Assembly (NCBI GenBank): GCA_047946875.1
Contig: CP181398.1
Coordinates: forward strand, 15,154-79,153
From: Candidatus Kerfeldbacteria bacterium
GTDB lineage: Bacteria; Patescibacteriota; Patescibacteriia; UBA10025; JAHIVO01
DNA length: 64,000 nucleotides
Direction of reading: 5' to 3'
Shown: in pieces, positions 59,806 through 64,000 of the stretch
Position numbering within the stretch: the stretch's first letter is position 1
Layout of the letters: the number at the start of each line of letters is the position of its first letter
Translations under genes and position numbers: made by a program
The notes under the pieces: model-generated
What the model was told of the DNA's origin: nothing
What the model saw: only the letters and a program-made list of their open reading frames with translations
Database searches by the model: none

Positions 59806-59866
59806 GTGTTAAAGTGCAAAGTTGATATAAATTACCATTTAAACAACTATTTTGTCAATAAAAAAT

Positions 59867-59926
59867 CCCCAGGCTGTCCAAAATTGAGACACGGATGTGT
59901 TCAAAAATTGGACAATATGCCTGGGG
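59867..59926. other. Large imperfect stem-loop (15 paired bases in two stem segments) in the divergent intergenic region. On the minus strand it is followed by a T-run
   Basis: Arms ccccaggctgtccaa and ttggacaatatgcctgggg. Confidence 0.4.
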
Positions 59927-59982
59927 GAGGGGGTTTGTGAGTAAGAGAATTTACTCAAATTTCTATTATATATAGTTAAAGC

Positions 59983-60010
59983 AAAAAGGCTAAACATTAT
60001 TAGCCTTTTT
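59983..60010. terminator. Bidirectional intrinsic-terminator-like hairpin that belongs to no flanking CDS
   Basis: Stem aggctaa/ttagcct, with an A5 run before and a T5 run after. Confidence 0.45.
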
Positions 60011-60138
60011 AACTTCCTATAATTATAGGTAAATAAAAGATCAGAATATAATATATCCTATAAAATATCGAGAGTCAAAACGTGCAAAGTGGATTATAGT
60101 ATTTGTTTTTGGTTATTAAAAATGATATAATTTCTTAT

Positions 60139-60426
60139 ATGATACTAAAGTTAAATGAAATAGAAAGGTTGGCAAAGCTAGCCAGAATTAATTTAACAGA
60201 AGCTGAGAAGAAGAAGTTTGGTAAACAAATTTCTTCGGTTTTAGAATATGTTGAACAAATTAAAGAAGTTGATACTTCTAAAGTAAAAGAAAAATCTCAT
60301 CTAAAAGATTTGGATAATGTTTTTAGGGAGGATAAAATTTTAGAAAGCACTGAATCAAAAAACAGTATTGAACAATTTCCTGATAAGGCAGGAAATCTTA
60401 ATAAAGTTAAAGCAGTGATGGAATAA
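60139..60426 (+). CDS. gatC: Asp/Glu-tRNA amidotransferase subunit C
   Basis: MILKLNEIERLAKLARINLTEAEKKKF...VDTSKV matches the GatC family. The ORF track begins at 60103, but the upstream codons overlap a TGnTATAAT promoter-like element at 60124-60132. Confidence 0.75.
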   Translation: MILKLNEIERLAKLARINLTEAEKKKFGKQISSVLEYVEQIKEVDTSKVKEKSHLKDLDNVFREDKILESTESKNSIEQFPDKAGNLNKVKAVME

Positions 60427-60428
60427 AT

Positions 60429-61889
60429 ATGGATTATAATAAATTAAATATTGAAGAAGCCGCAAAGGGTTTGCAAGAGAAAAAGTTTTCAGCTAGTGAA
60501 TTAGTTGATTCTTGTTTTGAGCAGATAAATAAATATGATAATGAGATAGGGGCATTTTTAGAAATATCAAAAGATCTAGCAATAGAGCAAGCTAAAGAGG
60601 CGGATAAAAAAATATCAAAAGGAGATAAAGGTTTATTAACAGGAGTACCATTATCAATTAAAGATATTATATTAGTTAAAGATGTTAAAGCAACAGGCGG
60701 TTCTAAGATTTTAGAAAATTATATTGCCACTTATGATGCTACAGTTATAAAAAAATTGAAAGATGAAGGAGCGATATTCTTAGGTAAGGTTAATCTAGAC
60801 GAATTTGCTATGGGATCTTCAACTGAAAATTCTGCTTATAAAAAAACTAAAAATCCTTGGGATAAAGAGAGAGTACCTGGCGGTTCATCAGGGGGATCAA
60901 CTTCTTCTGTGGCTGCTGATATGTGTCTAGGATCTCTCGGTACTGATACGGGAGGATCTATTCGACAACCAGCTTCATTTTGTGGGGTAGTAGGGCTTAA
61001 ACCAACATATGGTCGCGTATCGAGGTATGGAGTAATGCCAATGACCTCTTCATTGGATCAAGTAGGTCCAATCACAAAAACGGTGAAAGATGCTGCAATA
61101 TTATTTAATGCGATCGCTGGTATTGACCCAAATGATTCTACTACTTATAAAAAAGAAAATATTAACATTGATAATATTACTAAAGATATAAAGGGCTTAA
61201 AGATTGGTATACCAAAAGAATATTTTATTGAGGGTATGGACCCTGAAGTACAAAAGAGTATCGATCAAGCTATCAAACAGTTTGAAGAATTGGGGGCTAA
61301 GGTAGTAAAAGTAAGCTTACCTTTAACGAAACATGCTTTAGCAATTTATTATATTATGGCAAGTTCAGAAATATCATCAAATTTAGCAAAATACGATGGT
61401 ATTAGATATGGATATTCTGCAACTAAGGACACGGCTGAAAATTTATTGGATGTTTATGTGAATTCACGTTCGAAAGGTTTAGGTAGTGAAGCTAAGCGTA
61501 GAATAATGATGGGGACATATTCTTTGTCGTCAGGATACTATGATCAGTATTATATTAAAGCCCAAAAAGTAAGAGTATTGATTCAGGAAGAATTCAATAA
61601 TATTTTTAAGAAAGTTGATTGCCTTATTTCACCTACGACTCCTTCTACTGCTTTTAAAATTGGAGAAAAATTTGAAGATCCTTTAATGATGTATCTTTCA
61701 GATATATATACAGTACCAGCAAATATAGGAGGCATTTGCGGAATATCAATTCCAGCTGGAATGTCTAATAATTTACCAATTGGATTGCAAATTATGGGTA
61801 AGTCATTTGATGAGGAGATGATATTACGGGCTGGTTATAATTTCGAAAAAGTAACGGATTGGCATACAAAAAGACCAAGTTTAGATTGA
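60429..61889 (+). CDS. gatA: Asp/Glu-tRNA amidotransferase subunit A (amidase family)
   Basis: Amidase signature GGSSGGS and catalytic Ser-cisSer-Lys context; 486 aa. Confidence 0.95.
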   Translation: MDYNKLNIEEAAKGLQEKKFSASELVDSCFEQINKYDNEIGAFLEISKDLAIEQAKEADKKISKGDKGLLTGVPLSIKDIILVKDVKATGGSKILENYIATYDATVIKKLKDEGAIFLGKVNLDEFAMGSSTENSAYKKTKNPWDKERVPGGSSGGSTSSVAADMCLGSLGTDTGGSIRQPASFCGVVGLKPTYGRVSRYGVMPMTSSLDQVGPITKTVKDAAILFNAIAGIDPNDSTTYKKENINIDNITKDIKGLKIGIPKEYFIEGMDPEVQKSIDQAIKQFEELGAKVVKVSLPLTKHALAIYYIMASSEISSNLAKYDGIRYGYSATKDTAENLLDVYVNSRSKGLGSEAKRRIMMGTYSLSSGYYDQYYIKAQKVRVLIQEEFNNIFKKVDCLISPTTPSTAFKIGEKFEDPLMMYLSDIYTVPANIGGICGISIPAGMSNNLPIGLQIMGKSFDEEMILRAGYNFEKVTDWHTKRPSLD

Positions 61890-61946
61890 CAGACGAATGA
61901 ATATTGATATACTAACTAATAATGATTATTAATTTATTATAAAAAT

Positions 61947-62366
61947 ATGGCAGACAAACAAACTACCTCTAAGGATGAAAAATTTAATTCTAAAATTTTG
62001 TTGGTTGAAGATGACAAGATGTTAGCTGATATGTACATAACAAAATTTTCTAAAGAAGGTATGAAAATAATGAGAGCCGAAGACGGTGCCGAAGGCTTGA
62101 GTATGGCTAAAGAACATAAGCCTGATTTAATACTGTTAGATATAATCATGCCAAAATTAGATGGATTTGCAGTATTGAGAGAGCTAAGAAAGAATAAAGA
62201 CACTGAAAATGTTCACGTCTTATTGTTAACCAATTTAGGACAGTCTGAAGATGTAGAAAAAGGAAGAGAGTTGGGGGCTGATGATTATTTTATCAAAGCA
62301 AATCATACTCCAGCTGAGATAGTAGAAAAAGTAAAATATATGTTAACAAATAAAATTCATAAATAA
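61947..62366 (+). CDS. Single-domain CheY-like response regulator, a paralog of the one at 45897
   Basis: Receiver motifs and about 50% identity to ORF 45897 (LLDIIMPKLDGF / LLLTNLGQ). Confidence 0.8.
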   Translation: MADKQTTSKDEKFNSKILLVEDDKMLADMYITKFSKEGMKIMRAEDGAEGLSMAKEHKPDLILLDIIMPKLDGFAVLRELRKNKDTENVHVLLLTNLGQSEDVEKGRELGADDYFIKANHTPAEIVEKVKYMLTNKIHK

Positions 62367-62370
62367 AAAC

Positions 62371-62847
62371 ATGGAAAAATCAAATTTTAAAGAAAAAACA
62401 GTTGTAATATTAAAACCAGATGCTTTGCAACGAAGTCTCATGGCAGATATTATAGGGAGATTTGAAAAAAAAGGATTAGAGTTAGTAGCACTTAAAATGA
62501 TGTCAATCGAAGATGCATTAATTGCAGAACATTATGGGCATCATGCTGATAAACCTTTTTTTGCAGATCTAAAAGAATTTATGCAAGCATCTCCTGTAGT
62601 AGTAATGATATGGCAGGGTGTAGAAGCAGTACAGATGGTACGCCAGTTATTGGGAGCTACATCTGGACGAAAAGCTGATATAGGTACGATCCGTGGAGAT
62701 TTATCAAATAGTGTTAGTAGAAATTTAGTGCATGGTTCTGATTCTATTGAGAGTGCAGAGGTTGAGATAAAACGGTTTTTTAAAGATAACGAAGTATTTG
62801 ACTGGAAAAAACAAGATTTTGGACACATTTATGGAGATGATGAGTAA
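62371..62847 (+). CDS. ndk: Nucleoside diphosphate kinase
   Basis: Active-site NLVHGSD motif and N-terminal ERT(V)V(I)LKPD; 158 aa. Confidence 0.9.
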   Translation: MEKSNFKEKTVVILKPDALQRSLMADIIGRFEKKGLELVALKMMSIEDALIAEHYGHHADKPFFADLKEFMQASPVVVMIWQGVEAVQMVRQLLGATSGRKADIGTIRGDLSNSVSRNLVHGSDSIESAEVEIKRFFKDNEVFDWKKQDFGHIYGDDE

Positions 62848-62989
62848 TGTATAAATAGTTCAATTATCAATTCACACACTATGAATATAAATAGTAAGGT
62901 CTGTCTGTCGTAGGATTGGTTTTTTTATTGCAAAAAAATATTGAGTAGGGTAGTATTTTTGTTAAATATAATAATCATAATAAATCACA

Positions 62990-64000
62990 ATGACAATACA
63001 AATAGTAATTTTATTTATTTTAATAGTTCTATCGGGATTTTTTTCTGGGTCAGAGGTTGCTTTGTTGTCCATAACCCCTGTTCGAGTAAGAACATATTTA
63101 AAAGAAAAACGTAAAGGATCGGTAGCATTAGATAGATTGAAGGCAAATCCAAGAAGAATGATTATTACTATTTTGATTGGCAATAATGTTGTTAATATTG
63201 TTGCTGCTTCTTTAACAGCCTATATTGCCTCACAAAAATTTGGTTCTACTGGCATAGGTATTCTTACTGGAATATTAACTTTAGTAATTTTAATTTTTGG
63301 AGAAATTACACCAAAAACATTGGCTAGTCGCTATGCTGGTAGGTTCTCGTTGCTGGTTGCTAGACCTATAGAGATGATGAGTACATTGTTATACCCGTTA
63401 GTTTATGTTTTAGAAAAATTAACAATGACACTTGAGAGTTCAGTGAAATTAGAAGCTCATGCTGTGATTACAGAAGCAGATATCAAAAATATGATTGAAT
63501 TTGGAGTTGAACATAAGATAGTCCAGCCAGAGGAACAATATATTATTAATAGAGCATTAGCCTTTTCTGATATAACTGCTAGTAAAATAATGATTCCTTT
63601 GAGAGATGTATTTGCTATTGAGCAAAATATTGCTATAGATATGTCTATTATCAATATAATTGAAAGTGGTTATACGCGAATACCACTTTATGATAAAATC
63701 AAAGAAAATATTATTGGTATTGCGATGGTGAAAGATGTTGCAAGAGAGATGATTGAAAAAAGAGGAAAAAAACTGTTAAAGAATATTTTGGTGGAGCCGA
63801 TATATGTGCCAAAAAATATTAGAATTGACTATTTGTTTAGAATTTTTCAAACCAAAAGAAAACATATTGCTGTAGTCCACGATATAAACAAAAAAGCTGT
63901 AGGTATTGTTACCTTAGAGGATTTAATTGAAGAGTTGGTCGGAGAGATTGTAGATGAAAGTGATAAAGAAAATAATGAATTAAATATCCATGCAAACAAA
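62990..64000 (+). CDS. CNNM/HlyC-CorC-family transporter (DUF21 plus tandem CBS), truncated at the 3' window edge
   Basis: Hand-translated open frame from the ATG at 62990 to the window end. DUF21 motif SGFFSGSEVALLS and CBS-like repeats. Confidence 0.7.
   Translation, partial: MTIQIVILFILIVLSGFFSGSEVALLSITPVRVRTYLKEKRKGSVALDRLKANPRRMIITILIGNNVVNIVAASLTAYIASQKFGSTGIGILTGILTLVILIFGEITPKTLASRYAGRFSLLVARPIEMMSTLLYPLVYVLEKLTMTLESSVKLEAHAVITEADIKNMIEFGVEHKIVQPEEQYIINRALAFSDITASKIMIPLRDVFAIEQNIAIDMSIINIIESGYTRIPLYDKIKENIIGIAMVKDVAREMIEKRGKKLLKNILVEPIYVPKNIRIDYLFRIFQTKRKHIAVVHDINKKAVGIVTLEDLIEELVGEIVDESDKENNELNIHANK

Noticed and set aside
1-64000. Alternative genetic code (UGA=Gly, code 25) as in Gracilibacteria/Absconditabacteria
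   Set aside because: Very long ORFs (up to 4400 codons) are intact under the standard code, and genes end at TGA/TAA/TAG in sensible positions

Overview
This window is low-GC (about 30%) and gene-dense, with the look of a Candidate Phyla Radiation (Patescibacteria / Parcubacteria-like) genome read in the standard genetic code.

Layout:
- 1-12.5 kb: a minus-strand housekeeping block. It holds three tRNAs (two tRNA-Ser, one probable tRNA-Arg), cysS, a zinc-ribbon/RDD membrane protein, comFC, clpC, htpX and lemA.
- About 12.5 kb: a strand switch.
- 12.6-38.7 kb: a 26-kb island of four consecutive giant secreted or membrane-anchored proteins (1012, 2159, 780 and 4400 aa). The first three share a paralogous N-terminal module. 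All four carry Vgb/NHL-like W-containing beta-propeller repeats. The 1012-aa protein has BNR/Asp-box repeats. The 2159-aa and 4400-aa proteins have about 60-aa delta-60-like tandem repeats, and the 4400-aa protein has a C-terminal LamG/ConA-like lectin domain.
- 24.55-25.44 kb: an IS200/IS605-type Y1 HuH transposase gene flanked by structured hairpin repeat units, inserted just upstream of the 4400-aa gene.
- 38.7-56.7 kb: a complete type IV pilus locus. It contains pilM, a PilN-like gene with a long low-complexity N-terminal extension, pilO, an Fn3 protein, pilB, a CheY-like response regulator, pilC, a major pilin behind a strong promoter and terminator, a GT2 glycosyltransferase, a Wzy_C/O-antigen-ligase-like TPR protein, six further (pseudo)pilins and pilD.
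- 56.6-64.0 kb: ligA, then an orphan minus-strand gene with paired palindromic operator-like sites, then gatC, gatA, a second CheY-like regulator, ndk and a partial CNNM/CorC transporter.

The most notable element is the giant-adhesin plus T4P cell-surface island. It is a likely host-attachment apparatus of an episymbiont, with a candidate pilin-glycosylation module. Also of note are the IS200-like element with covarying hairpins, a GC-rich candidate structured RNA next to tRNA-Ser, and the operator-controlled orphan gene.
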